Made by a program: the position numbers and the translations under genes. Below, piece after piece: positions 51,140 to 61,854 of a stretch of 64,000 bases of DNA; the stretch's first letter is position 1; each line of letters starts with the position of its first letter. The stretch lies in the IMG/VR virus record IMGVR_UViG_3300033233_000003. The stretch is one strand, 5' to 3'. The DNA comes from an uncultured virus (IMG/VR IMGVR_UViG_3300033233_000003). Taxonomy: Duplodnaviria > Heunggongvirae > Uroviricota > Caudoviricetes. The notes beneath the pieces are model-generated. The model was not told where the DNA came from. It was given only the letters and a program-made list of their open reading frames with translations, and ran no database searches.

Positions 51140-54100
51140 GGCTGACCGAACGGAGCGAGATCGAGCCGAAGGCCGAAGTCGCGCAGCGATCCTCGGCGAA
51201 AACTTGGATGAAGGAAAAGCCAGTCGGTGTGATCCCTGGAAAGTCCAGGAAGCACAAGACCGAGACGCGTGTCTTCGCTCGCAACATCCACGACGAGCGA
51301 CAGTTCCCGATCCATGGTGAAGACTTGACGGCCGTGATCGCATTGTGTATACATACGGCGTGACCCGGCCGCTCGCCCGTCGAAGGATCCCGAAGAAGCC
51401 GCGCCGCGGCTCGCCGTTCCATTGCCGCCACGACAACCGTCCCCTCCTCGAAGGCGAGACGTGCCCTTGCGTCGAAGACTGTCGCTGCAAGCAGGAGCGC
51501 TGCGTGCGGACACATCCGTGCTCCTTCTGCAGCCGTCCCGTTCGACCCGACCATTTCCGCGTCCGAGGCTTGAGAGAAGCCACGATGTGCGAGCGGTGCG
51601 TGGTCCTCTCCGCGAAGCTGCTCTGCGAGCGAAAGAAGCTGGATGTCGCGGTCAGGAGCCGCGACGATAACCTGGAAGCGAACCTCATCGAGAGCCTGCG
51701 CTTGCTGGGCAGGAACCGACGGGCCAAGCCGATGGTTCAGGTGTCTCCGTGAACGTGCCCGATGAAAAGAAAAACTGCACCGTCGCGGCGTTCTGCCGCG
51801 GCATGCGCCTCGCGCTGCGCGGTGTGCCTGAGAACTTCACGGGCAAGGGGCTCTCCGTCTCCTTCGGATGGATCGGAGAATCATCGAAAGGACCGAGCGG
51901 ACCGCCGAGGCTCACGGGCGTGACCTACTCACCGAGGGCAGGCGACGCCATCGTGCTCAACTTCTGCCCGTGGTGCGGTGCGCGCATTCGGTTCGACGAG
52001 GGAGATGAATCATGTGGACCCTGATCAAGATGTTCATGGGTATGTTCCTGCGGGCCTGGGCGCTCGCGACGCTGTGGGCGTGGTTCATCCTGCCGCTCGG
52101 GGCTCCGAGGATCGGCTACGCGCACGCGCTCGGGATCTCCACGCTCGTCTCTATGTTCACTCACCAGTTTCCGAGCGCGAGGCAGATCGGCGAGGACGCC
52201 GACTGGAAGAGGCAGCCGTCGAACAAGTCCACCGTCTACATTCGAGACGCCGTGGCGCTCATCCTCTGGCCGCTCCTCGCGGTGGGCGCCGGCTTCCTCT
52301 ACAAGAGGTTCATGTAGGCGATCCGATGACGATGAACAAGGGCCAGAAGCGCCTCGCGCGCGACATCCAGTCGAGGACCGGCTGGAAGTACGAGTTCTGC
52401 ACGAGGCTCCTCGCGAAGATCGACTACGAGATACGAGACGGTGAGCGCTGCGATCGACGCGGAGGGCTGCGACCTCGCCGAGACGAGTCGCGTGCTCAAC
52501 GCTCTCCTGAAAGGGCCGCCCGATGCCGACTGATGACCCAGACGTTTTCGTCGTTCTCAAGGACGGCGACAGCCACGGAGAGAAGGACAGTACGCCGCTG
52601 TGCGTCGAGCTGACGGTACGTGGCTGCGGGCGGTCGCAGAATCGGCACGCAACCTGCGCGAGGATTACGCGTCGGCGATCTCGTGCGCCGCGTCATGGAA
52701 CCCGAAGAGTTGGCGGAGTCGAGGGCCTTGCTTGCCGCGCTCGATGCCGCGCTGAAGGGACTGATCGATGCCGACCGATGACACAAACGAAGTGATCGCC
52801 GAACTGACCGTTCTGCTTCAAGGCGAGTCGGTGCAGCTTCTGTCGGCACACCAACGCCAGACACTCAAGGCAGCATTGACCGCCCTCGCCAAGTCCGAGG
52901 AGCGCGCGGCGGTGCGCGACAGGGCGAACACGAATTTCCTTCAAGGCATGAAGGAGATGCTAGAGACAGAACGAGCACGCGCGGCCGCGTGGCGCGAGAT
53001 GGCCCACGCGAACCAAGCTGCGTGGAGAGCAGATCAGGGCTACGGAGCGCGCGTGAAGGCAGCCCGCGCGAGGCTCGTGGAGTTGGGCGAGATTCAGGAG
53101 GTGAAGCCGTGACTTTGGCTCGCCAACAGGAGATCGCGCTGGTGTTCATTTTCATCTTGCTCGTGCTGGGCATTCGAGAGATGTGGGAGAGGCCGTGAGT
53201 CACACCGTCATGGTCCGCGTCGACGACCTGGACAAGCTGCCGGAGCCCGTCCGCCGCTACTTCGACGACTGGGGCCGGAAGACGAAGGTCCTCGGCGTCG
53301 CGGTCGTCAGCGTCGACATGATGCTGCACTGGGACCACCGGGACTGGGCCCAGAAGAAGCACGGCAGGGGACCGGGGCACACCGTCGACAACCACGAGTA
53401 CCGCGTCGGCGGGAAGTCGATCAACGACTGGATCGACGAGCACCAGAAGATCGTTCATCAAATCTTCGGATCAGAGGAGCGTCACGATGGCTACGGCGAC
53501 GACTGAGAAAACCTCCGAGGTACAGGCCACCGTCTTCCATGCGCGCTGTGCCGACATCGTGACCGGACTGATCGAGGGAGCGACCCTGGAGGAGACCAAG
53601 GAGGCGCTGTACGAGTATGTCCTGGGCTGTCTTCGCAAGCCTACGACCGCGAGTCTGCTCGGCGAGGTGACGGCGCGAGAAAGCGCCCTGGTCGCTGCAG
53701 CGTACGAGGCTGTGGCGTTCGAGCTTGAAACGGGCGAGCGAGGCGACATCTACGCCCTCGTGGCCCGCGCTTGTACTCCAGTCGACGCTCGCGCTGCGTT
53801 CGATCGACTGCTGCAGGCGGCGCGCGAAGACGGGGCAGAGGAGGCCGGTCGAGGTTGCGTCGCGTGCGAGATCGGCTCGAACGGTTCGGGCGCACTCGAC
53901 CCGGGGCACAGCGGTGGATGGGACTGCGAGGTCCATCGAGCCACGATGCTGGCGGAAGCGCGAGAGAAGGGAAGATCGGAGGCGCTGAAGAGGGAGGAGG
54001 ATCGAGCGACAGGCGGCGCCGAAGGTGCCGAAGTGATGGACCGCGAGGCGCTGGGAAGACGGCTCTTCGCCCTTCAGCGTGAAGCGTACGGCGATGCGAC

Positions 54101-55201
54101 GCATGGCTGGACCGACATCTGTGACCTCGACCGCGAGATCTATCGTCGCATGGGCGAGACGATCGCGCGCGAGATGGGCGAAGTGATCGCGCGCGAGGTC
54201 GCCGAAGAATGTGCGAAGCTCTGCGTGAGCAGGATCCCGCAGGAGGTGCTCGCCAGGATGCGCCGCGACCCGAGCGCGCAGATCGACCAGCGCACGGCGT
54301 TCGAGATGGGTGAGCGCATCCGTGCTCACTTCGTCAAGAAGGAGTCGAAGTGACGACGGACGAAGGCGCCGCTAGCGACGTGCCGACCGAGGTCGCCACG
54401 AAGCTGACCAACGCGCTCACGCGAATGATGATCGCGATCCGCGGCCGTCCGGCGCCGCTGGGTCTGGATCTGGTTCTGGATCGCGAGGAAGCCGACGCCG
54501 CGCACGCGGCGCTCCACGGCGCGATCCAGGAGGCGGTCGTGATGATCCTCGACGAGATGCGGAAGCCGGCAGCCGAAGTGAAGTGAAGGAGAGGCTTCTT
54601 CGATGAATAGCAACAGCAACAGCGACCACGACAAGTTCAGGAGCACCGTCGAGGCTGCCTACATCACGTGGGACGCTGAGCGTCAGGTCTACGACCGCAT
54701 GGACGTGCTTCAGAAAGAGCTTTGCCGCAAGATCGGCGAAATGATCGCACGCAAGACGATCGAGGAGTTCGAGGAGTGCGTGAGGATCCTCGACGACGCG
54801 GCGGCGAACCACGATCATCTCTACGCCGAGTTCCGAGACGAGCACCACTGCCTTCAGGCTCTGGAGATGCGTGAGATCGCCGCTCGCATCCGCGCACGCT
54901 TCAGCCGAGACGAACGATGAGCGACCTGCCGCCTCAAGTGGTCGACGCGATCCGCGCATGGGGCGAGGCCATGGTCATGGGTCCGGAGAAGTGCACCTGC
55001 GAGGGTCACCCCGGTTGGAACGGTGGAACAGAGCACTCCGACGGATGCCCCTGTGTCCGCGCCGGCCTCGTCGAGCACTACGCGAGCAAGGCCGCCGCGC
55101 GCGCCGTCCGCACGTGGGCCGAGTCGCAGGCCGCGGTGTGGGCTGCGTCGCGAGCCGCGTCGCGCATTCCGATGGTCGTTCTCGGTCGCCTTCGGACGTG
55201 A
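51136..55201 (+). other. Run of small coupled hypothetical ORFs
   Basis: Start/stop overlaps; one membrane protein (52012-52317). Confidence 0.55.
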
Positions 55202-55204
55202 TCC

Positions 55205-55477
55205 ATGATCATGGTCGACGAGGTCCGCGTCTGGCCCCACGCCCGTCCGCCCTTCCACAAGGGTTCGGCGCACCTGACGACGAGCGGTGCCGACCTGCAT
55301 GAGTTGCATATTTTCGCCGAGCGAATCGGGCTGAGTCGCGAATGGTTCCAGGAGCAGTCGAGCCCTCACTACGACGTGACCCCGGCGAAGAGGGAAACCG
55401 CGCTCCGGGCGGGCGCGATCTTCGTCCCTGCCAAAGAGCAGGCGAAGCGGCGCATCGCACACCGAGCTGCGAAGTAG
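55205..55477 (+). CDS. DUF4031-like protein
   Basis: MVDE...AHL...ELHIFAERIGLSREWFQ...PHYDVT...ALRAGA. Confidence 0.8.
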   Translation: MIMVDEVRVWPHARPPFHKGSAHLTTSGADLHELHIFAERIGLSREWFQEQSSPHYDVTPAKRETALRAGAIFVPAKEQAKRRIAHRAAK

Positions 55478-55505
55478 AAACCGTCGAACGAAAAACCAGC
55501 CGGAG

Positions 55506-56105
55506 CTAGCCGCACGCGCGAAGCGGTGCCCTTGGCGATCGCGCCGAAGATCTCGTCGAGCGCGTCGAGGATCGTGACTCGATCTCGTCACCATCGTCTT
55601 CATCTTCGCGCGTGACGTCGATCACGTCCGCCTGCACAGAAAGCTCTTTGGCTTTCCCAAACGCGGTCGGCTGCGCCGCCGCTTGCTTGGCTCGCCACTC
55701 GCGCTTGTAGGCGTTGTAGATCTCGCGGCACGCCTCACACCGACAGCCGTACTTGTAGCTCGTGATGGTGCCGTGCCCGCGCTCCTCCGCGCGCTCGGTC
55801 GATCGCTTGCGCGTGCGACACGTTCGGCAGAGCAGCACGCAGCGGAGCAGCTCGCGCTCGATGCGCTCCTTGCTCTTGCTCCAGATCTTCGCCAGCTGAC
55901 TCGGCCCTTCCGGCTCGCAGCCATTGGCGTACTCGAAGCCGAGTTCGCTCCCGTCATCACCATGAGCACCACCATGCGTAGCGCCGCCATCGCCTTTGGC
56001 GCCGCAGTGCACGCACTTTCCACCCGCACGCGCGATCGCCTCACGACGCAACCGATGGTAGCGCGCGAGCTGATACTCCCTGTTCTGCTCCCTACCGAAC
56101 GGCAT
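55506..56105 (-). CDS. HNH-like zinc-binding protein, possibly degenerate
   Basis: GGKCVHCG...CVLLCRTC...HGTITSYKYGCRCEAC; the expected DH is not visible. Confidence 0.6.
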   Translation of the reverse strand: MPFGREQNREYQLARYHRLRREAIARAGGKCVHCGAKGDGGATHGGAHGDDGSELGFEYANGCEPEGPSQLAKIWSKSKERIERELLRCVLLCRTCRTRKRSTERAEERGHGTITSYKYGCRCEACREIYNAYKREWRAKQAAAQPTAFGKAKELSVQADVIDVTREDEDDGDEIESRSSTRSTRSSARSPRAPLRACG

Positions 56106-56482
56106 CTTTTGCCCTACCCGGACACGCGCCGAAGAGACGAGGTTCGCGTGAGCTGAAACCGTTCGTCACCAGGATCGATCATCGGAGAAAAACCCCCGTG
56201 TGCGCGACAACCTGCGCGATCACGAGAGTTACACCGGGTTGGGTTCAAAGTGCATCTTCTTGGCATCGAAAGGCATCGATGCGTCGAAGATCACCGCGGA
56301 ACGTCGATGAAACGTCCCGTCACTTCAAGGTGAAGTCTCCTTCCATCCACTCGTTCTCGTGGACTTGGAAGCGAAGATGGCGCCATGCTGCTTCCTCATC
56401 GCGGACGGCAGATCGCCTCCGCCAGGATTCAAACGCGGTCGCCTTCGGCGCCGCTTGTTCCCTCGAAGGAGGCAGGTAGAAA

Positions 56483-57025
56483 ATGCCGTTCCACATCACG
56501 CGCGAGCACGTTCGTCGCTACGGCCAGACCGCCGGAGCCGCGAGCCACCCGGGCGCACACCTCTCGCCCGCCGAGAAGACCCTCGAACGCCAGAAGGAGC
56601 AGAAGAAGGAGTGGTTCGCGCAAGGGATCGCTCTCGTCGAGGTCGGCGGCGCCGCCTTCGGCTTCGGCCTCCTCCAGGGCCGCCGCGGCGGGATGCCGGA
56701 GATCCCCTACATCGGGCTCTCGGCCGACCTCTTCACGGGCCTCGTCCTGCACCTCGTCGGCTTCATGGGCTGGGCGGGCAAGTACGGCGACCACGCTCAC
56801 AACCTCGGCAACGGCGCGATCGCGTCGTGGGCCGTCAACCAGGGCGCGCTCTTCGGCGAGAAGATGCGCAAGGAGCACGAGACGGGAGCGCCGCCGGCCG
56901 GCGCCGCAGCGACCGGCCTCACGAGCGGCGGCTACGAGGACGCGTACATGCGCGCTCTCCACGCCCAGCGCCACGTGGGCCTCTCGCCCGAGCAGGTCTA
57001 CGCCCAGCAGTTCTGGGGTCGCTGA
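56483..57025 (+). CDS. Gly-rich membrane protein, putative virion membrane component
   Basis: AAGGAGG SD; two to three hydrophobic Gly/Ala segments. Confidence 0.7.
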   Translation: MPFHITREHVRRYGQTAGAASHPGAHLSPAEKTLERQKEQKKEWFAQGIALVEVGGAAFGFGLLQGRRGGMPEIPYIGLSADLFTGLVLHLVGFMGWAGKYGDHAHNLGNGAIASWAVNQGALFGEKMRKEHETGAPPAGAAATGLTSGGYEDAYMRALHAQRHVGLSPEQVYAQQFWGR

Positions 57026-57167
57026 TCCGAGAAGACGACACCGCTCAGCGATGAGCAAAGATGCTCAGTAATGAGCGAAGATTCTCAGTGACGGTGTGAG
57101 TGCACGGGGGTGCGCTTCAAAAGACAGATCGAGACCGAACGTTCGTTCGGCAAAAGGAGACACCCCC

Positions 57168-57767
57168 ATGTACGGTCAAGGTCCTCGCACTGCCGGCGGC
57201 AACCTCGGAGATCCGGCCCTCCAGTACCCCGGCTCTTACCCGCCGGGCATCGGCGCTGCGATGATGCAGGCGATGCGGTGCGTCAACCCGGGGGTTCCCC
57301 CGTACGCACTCAACCCCGAGGCGCAGCCTCCGCTCGCCGGGCCCCAGGGCTTCGGCGGCATGGTCGGTCCCGGAGGCGGCTGCTGTCCCACGCCCGCGAG
57401 CTACACCCCCTGGGGTCGACGCACCGGCGCGCGCCGCAGCATCCAGGGCTTCCCGGCGACCAACATTCCGGCGCTCACCCGCCAGAACATCCAGGTCCAG
57501 GTGCTGGAGCCCTTCATCGGCCAGCGCTTCGGCCTGCCGAGCGACATCACGCCCGCGCTGCTGATCAACCAGATCACCGTCGGCACCATGCCGCAGCTCA
57601 ACGGCTCGCCCATCCCGGGGCGCGCGTTCGACCAGACCTCGCAGGACTCGGGTCTCATCGACTTCGACTACTGCCCGGTCAGCCAGTTCATCATCATCGA
57701 CGTGACGAACACGAGCAACGCGCCCGTGATCTTCACGGGCTGGATCGAAGGCGTCACGGTCGGCTGA
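57168..57767 (+). CDS. Candidate single-jelly-roll capsid-like protein
   Basis: Strong SD. Flexible Gly/Pro N-terminus, then about 115 aa of beta-strand-patterned sequence ending FIIIDVTN...FTGWIEG. Fold is inferred. Confidence 0.45.
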   Translation: MYGQGPRTAGGNLGDPALQYPGSYPPGIGAAMMQAMRCVNPGVPPYALNPEAQPPLAGPQGFGGMVGPGGGCCPTPASYTPWGRRTGARRSIQGFPATNIPALTRQNIQVQVLEPFIGQRFGLPSDITPALLINQITVGTMPQLNGSPIPGRAFDQTSQDSGLIDFDYCPVSQFIIIDVTNTSNAPVIFTGWIEGVTVG

Positions 57768-57989
57768 GCCATCTCGGAGGCGGAGACGAGCGTTCGATCT
57801 CAGGACGATCGTCTCCGTGCCGAGAGCATCGTCGTTCGCGACGGCGTGATGGGTCGCAGAGCCGAGGATCCTTTCCTCCACCCCCGGGGAATCACCGTCG
57901 ATCGTGCAGTTCACCCTGCATGGTTTTCTAGGCCTCCGTAGGTTCTGCGATCCTTCACGCCGTCGCGATCGACGGCGAGATGCGAAACC

Positions 57990-59405
57990 ATGGAGAGGGG
58001 TTACCAGGCGAACGTCACGCTCGGCCTCTTCCGGGGCGGTCGCGACGCGACCGAGAAGCTGCGAGACGAGCAGCTCTCGGGACAGGCCATGCGCCTGCTC
58101 CTCGACTGCCTCTTGCAGATCGACATCCTGGAGCTGCGCGCGTTCCCGGACATCCCGCCGGTCTACAAGTCCGGCGTGAAGTACCGCGTGCGCAGGAGCC
58201 CCTGCGGCGAGGACGCGTGGCGAGACATCCTCTCGTGCGTCGAGGAGCGCATCGCAGACTGCTTCCCCCAGGGGACGCTCCTTCTCCGCGACGACTTCGT
58301 TCTTGTGCCTATCGAGAAGATCCAGGTCGGCGATCGCATCTGGGGCCGAGACGCTTGGACGACGGTGCAGGCCAGTGTCTACAAGGGGCTCCTCTCCGTC
58401 GACGCGATGAAGATGAACAACGGATCGATCGTGCAGCTCACGGGTGATCACCACGTCTTCGTCGGTCGCTGTGACAAGCATCGTCAGGAACTCGACTCCG
58501 GCTATGGTTGTTCCTGTCGACTCGAAGATCGACGAGTCGAACGCATCGGGCTTCGAGACGTGAAGGAGAAGGACGTCCTCATCACACCCGAACGACTCCC
58601 CTTCGGGCAACAGTCGTTCGATCCGAAGAAGGCTTACGTCGAAGGCCTCTTCGTTGCCGACGGTTGGTCAAGTACGAATCATCAGTTTTGCATCTCCGGT
58701 TTGGATGGGGCGAAGAAGGAGGCGCAGAAGCACGAAGTCAAGCAGATCTGCGACGAGCTAAAGCTCAACACGTACTGGCATCGCAAATACATCGGCGTGA
58801 ACAACAAAGAATGGGCGCTGCGAATGCATGAGATGGGTCGCCATGCGCCGCAGAAACACGTACTTTCGATCAATCTCGACGAAGCGGCGATCGCCGAGAC
58901 GCTCCGCGGCGTCATGGCCGACAGCAAGGTCAACGCGAACGGCGGATGGACGTTCACTAGCACGTCGAAGCTCTTGACCATCCAGACCCGGATCATGCAC
59001 AAGATGTTCGGTCGCTCATCAAGCGTGATGTACTTCGCGACGCATGCGGGTCTCGGAGACAACCCGATCTGGATCCTCGGCGTTCGAGATCCGAAGGTGA
59101 AGTCCGGCAAGCTCCTCCGCGTCAAGGAACTCGTTCGAGACATAGCGGAGGCTCCCTGCTACGACATCCAGACCTCCGACGGCTACGTCTACCTGCCGGA
59201 GCACGACGTTACTGTCTCGAACTGCAAGGATCTCGCCTGCTGGCGTGCTGGAGAGCTGATCGTGCGGCTCGGCATCATGGCGAAGCCGGTGTTCATCCGG
59301 CAGGAGCGACCGGGAGACGGCCCGCTCTACCACATCCTGGTGGAGATGCCGGACGGCAGCTACGAGGACCCGTCGATCATCCTCGGCATGACGGCGGCGG
59401 CGTGA
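57990..59405 (+). CDS. Transglutaminase-like cysteine enzyme containing an intein
   Basis: Spliced product ...ERIAD|CKDLACWRAGEL...YHILV...EDPS gives a Cys-His-Asp triad. Confidence 0.75.
   Translation: MERGYQANVTLGLFRGGRDATEKLRDEQLSGQAMRLLLDCLLQIDILELRAFPDIPPVYKSGVKYRVRRSPCGEDAWRDILSCVEERIADCFPQGTLLLRDDFVLVPIEKIQVGDRIWGRDAWTTVQASVYKGLLSVDAMKMNNGSIVQLTGDHHVFVGRCDKHRQELDSGYGCSCRLEDRRVERIGLRDVKEKDVLITPERLPFGQQSFDPKKAYVEGLFVADGWSSTNHQFCISGLDGAKKEAQKHEVKQICDELKLNTYWHRKYIGVNNKEWALRMHEMGRHAPQKHVLSINLDEAAIAETLRGVMADSKVNANGGWTFTSTSKLLTIQTRIMHKMFGRSSSVMYFATHAGLGDNPIWILGVRDPKVKSGKLLRVKELVRDIAEAPCYDIQTSDGYVYLPEHDVTVSNCKDLACWRAGELIVRLGIMAKPVFIRQERPGDGPLYHILVEMPDGSYEDPSIILGMTAAA
58260..59222 (+). mobile_element. 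Intein (321 aa) with LAGLIDADG-like core
   Basis: Block A CFPQGTLL, block B LTGDH, YVEGLFVADG, LRGVMADS, CYDIQT, C-terminal TVSN followed by Cys. Confidence 0.9.
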
Positions 59406-59561
59406 GCGTCATGTTTCTCGTCTTTGAACCCTCACGGAGATCGATCACGACGACACGAGCGAGTAGACTTCACGGTGATCTCTTCCGAGCGAAGACTGCT
59501 TGCCGACTTCAGTGATGCAAAGGTAAATTTCATCGCGTAGTGCGAAGAGAAGGTAAAGAGC

Positions 59562-61793
59562 ATGCCCGCGCCCATCATCCCCATCCTGATCGGCGCCGCC
59601 GTGATCGGCGGCGCGATGCTGCTCGGCAAGAAGGGCGCGGCGCATCCGCCGACGCCGCCAGCTCCGAAGAAGCCGACTCCGCTGCCTGGAGTGCCTGGAG
59701 TGCCTGGAGTGCCTGGCCTCCCCGGAACGGTGCCGTTCCCCGTCCCCGGCGTTCCCGGCATGCCGGGTCCAGGTGGCTACACCGCGCCGCCGTTCGTTCC
59801 GCCGAGCGGAGTGCCTCCGATCAGCGGCGTGCCCGGCTGGCCGCCGACGTGGTGGCCCGGCAAGGAGATCGGCACGCCTCCTCCGCTGCCGCCTCTGCCA
59901 GGAACGTTTCCAGGAAGCGGCGGCACCACCGGCCCGATCCCGGGCACGACGACGGGGCCGACCACCGCGGCGCCCGACGACGGCGTCGCCGGCCTGCCCG
60001 AGCCGCTGAAGACGACGACGGTGATGGCGATGAGCACGGCGACCGGCAACGAGGGCGCGAACGGACTCGACGGGCTCGCGCTCGAACTCGATCGCATGGG
60101 CCAGCACAAGGCGGCCTACGAGGTGCGCGCACGCAGCAACGAGGTCCGCAAGGCTGCGGGCGGAGGGACGGCTTCGGCCGCGCCGACGCTCGGCGCGGAG
60201 GATTACGGCGTTTACACCGACAAGAACAAGGGCAAGTGGAAGTTGACCTCCGGCACGTCCGGCTGGTCGGCCGAGTCCTCGGACTACTTGCCGGCGATCG
60301 GATCGCTCTTCGCGATGACGTACGAGGCGCTGATCGCCGAGATCGACGCGTTCGCCGGCATGTACATGAAGACCTCCGTCAGCGGCAACCTCGGAGATCC
60401 TGCGCTGCAGTACCCCGGCACGGTCGGCTTCCCCGGTGGCTACGCTCACGCCTGGCACGACGAATCCGTGCCGCACGATGAGGCCGCCGAGGGCTGGCCT
60501 CACACCAGCGGCGCCGGAGGCGACCGCGTCGGGACGGGCGCGATGACCATTCCGCTCGCCGCGACGATGCGCATGCACGCAGATCCTCGCGGTACGATGA
60601 TGGGACCGCGACGCGCACCGCTTCCACCGGAAGGAAGCGCTGATACCAAGCTCTATCAGTTTGGCTACCAGCGAGGTCGCGACGACTTCTGCAACGGTCA
60701 GCCTTACAACCCGAACAGCGCGGTGGTCAGCAGCGACATCTTCAGGGTGGCCGCATGGTCGAAGAGCGAGAAGATTGCTCGCGCAAATTACGTTCGCGCG
60801 GGATATGAGCACGGCTATCGCGCCGCTCGCGACGAGGGCTGTGGCACCCATCCCATCGCGCTCGTGCCGCAGCAGGTCCCGCCGAAGTTCGGAACTCAGA
60901 TGCAGGCGATGCAGAGCCATCCTCAGTACGCGTCGCACACCAGCGGCGCCGGAGGCGACCGCGTCGGGACGGGCGCGATGGCGGTACCGCTCGCCACGAC
61001 GATGCGATCGCACGCGAGGTCGATGAGATACGAGCCTGGACGTCCCGTCCCCATCACCATGGGAGGGGAGTGGGAGAAGGCTTACAGCTTCGGCTATCGA
61101 GCAGGTTACGACGACTTCTGCAACAGCCGACCCTATTACCCGAACGGCGCGGTCGTCAAGAGCGATGTCTTTCGAGATCTCACGAAGTCCGGATGGTCAA
61201 AAGAGTTCATCCTCGACATCGCAGGCAACATTCGACATGGATACGAGGACGGCTATCGCGCCGCTCGCGACGAGGGCTGTGGCAGTCATCCCATCGCGCT
61301 CGTGCCGCAGCAGGTCCCGCCGAAGTTCGGTACTCAGATGCAGTATGCGTGGGACGACGGCCGATTTCATCCGTCAGGGCGGCGCGAGATCGTGAAGGAG
61401 GAGCCTCCGCCTCCGCCACCGCCGCCTGAGCGATATGGTCGCCAGCCGCCTGCGCCGCCGACGGCTCAGATGCAGGCGATGCAGAGCCATCCTCAGTACG
61501 CGTCGCACGCGGGCGCCATCGCGATCCCGATGCAGGCGTCGCACTTCAACGTGCAGCAGCACTTCGCGGTTGGCAAACCAGCACCGCCCCCTCCGCACCT
61601 CCAGCACAACATCTTCGACGAGCTGCCGATCGATCTGCGTCGGATCATCGACGTGATCTACCTCGGCTGCAAGAATCGTTCAGTCGATTGGCGCGCAGTG
61701 AGGGAGTGGGCCGCGCTCTGCAACGCCCGAGGATTCACCGCCTCCGCGCAAGTCCTCTGGGACTGCGCCGACAGAATGGCGAAGGGATACTGA
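59562..61793 (+). CDS. Pro/Gly-rich membrane-anchored protein with internal duplications
   Basis: N-terminal TM; PGV repeats; YxxGYxxGxDDFCN...AARDEGCG domain twice. Confidence 0.75.
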   Translation: MPAPIIPILIGAAVIGGAMLLGKKGAAHPPTPPAPKKPTPLPGVPGVPGVPGLPGTVPFPVPGVPGMPGPGGYTAPPFVPPSGVPPISGVPGWPPTWWPGKEIGTPPPLPPLPGTFPGSGGTTGPIPGTTTGPTTAAPDDGVAGLPEPLKTTTVMAMSTATGNEGANGLDGLALELDRMGQHKAAYEVRARSNEVRKAAGGGTASAAPTLGAEDYGVYTDKNKGKWKLTSGTSGWSAESSDYLPAIGSLFAMTYEALIAEIDAFAGMYMKTSVSGNLGDPALQYPGTVGFPGGYAHAWHDESVPHDEAAEGWPHTSGAGGDRVGTGAMTIPLAATMRMHADPRGTMMGPRRAPLPPEGSADTKLYQFGYQRGRDDFCNGQPYNPNSAVVSSDIFRVAAWSKSEKIARANYVRAGYEHGYRAARDEGCGTHPIALVPQQVPPKFGTQMQAMQSHPQYASHTSGAGGDRVGTGAMAVPLATTMRSHARSMRYEPGRPVPITMGGEWEKAYSFGYRAGYDDFCNSRPYYPNGAVVKSDVFRDLTKSGWSKEFILDIAGNIRHGYEDGYRAARDEGCGSHPIALVPQQVPPKFGTQMQYAWDDGRFHPSGRREIVKEEPPPPPPPPERYGRQPPAPPTAQMQAMQSHPQYASHAGAIAIPMQASHFNVQQHFAVGKPAPPPPHLQHNIFDELPIDLRRIIDVIYLGCKNRSVDWRAVREWAALCNARGFTASAQVLWDCADRMAKGY

Positions 61794-61854
61794 TGGCCTT
61801 CCCCTTCTTCACGCGGACGCCTGCGGCGCCGCTTGGTCACGGAGGAAATCGCTG

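Noticed and set aside
54012..54032. Another hairpin copy (GGCGGCGCCGAAGGTGCCG)
   Set aside because: It lacks the bulge and the CCGCGT arm; too degenerate to count.
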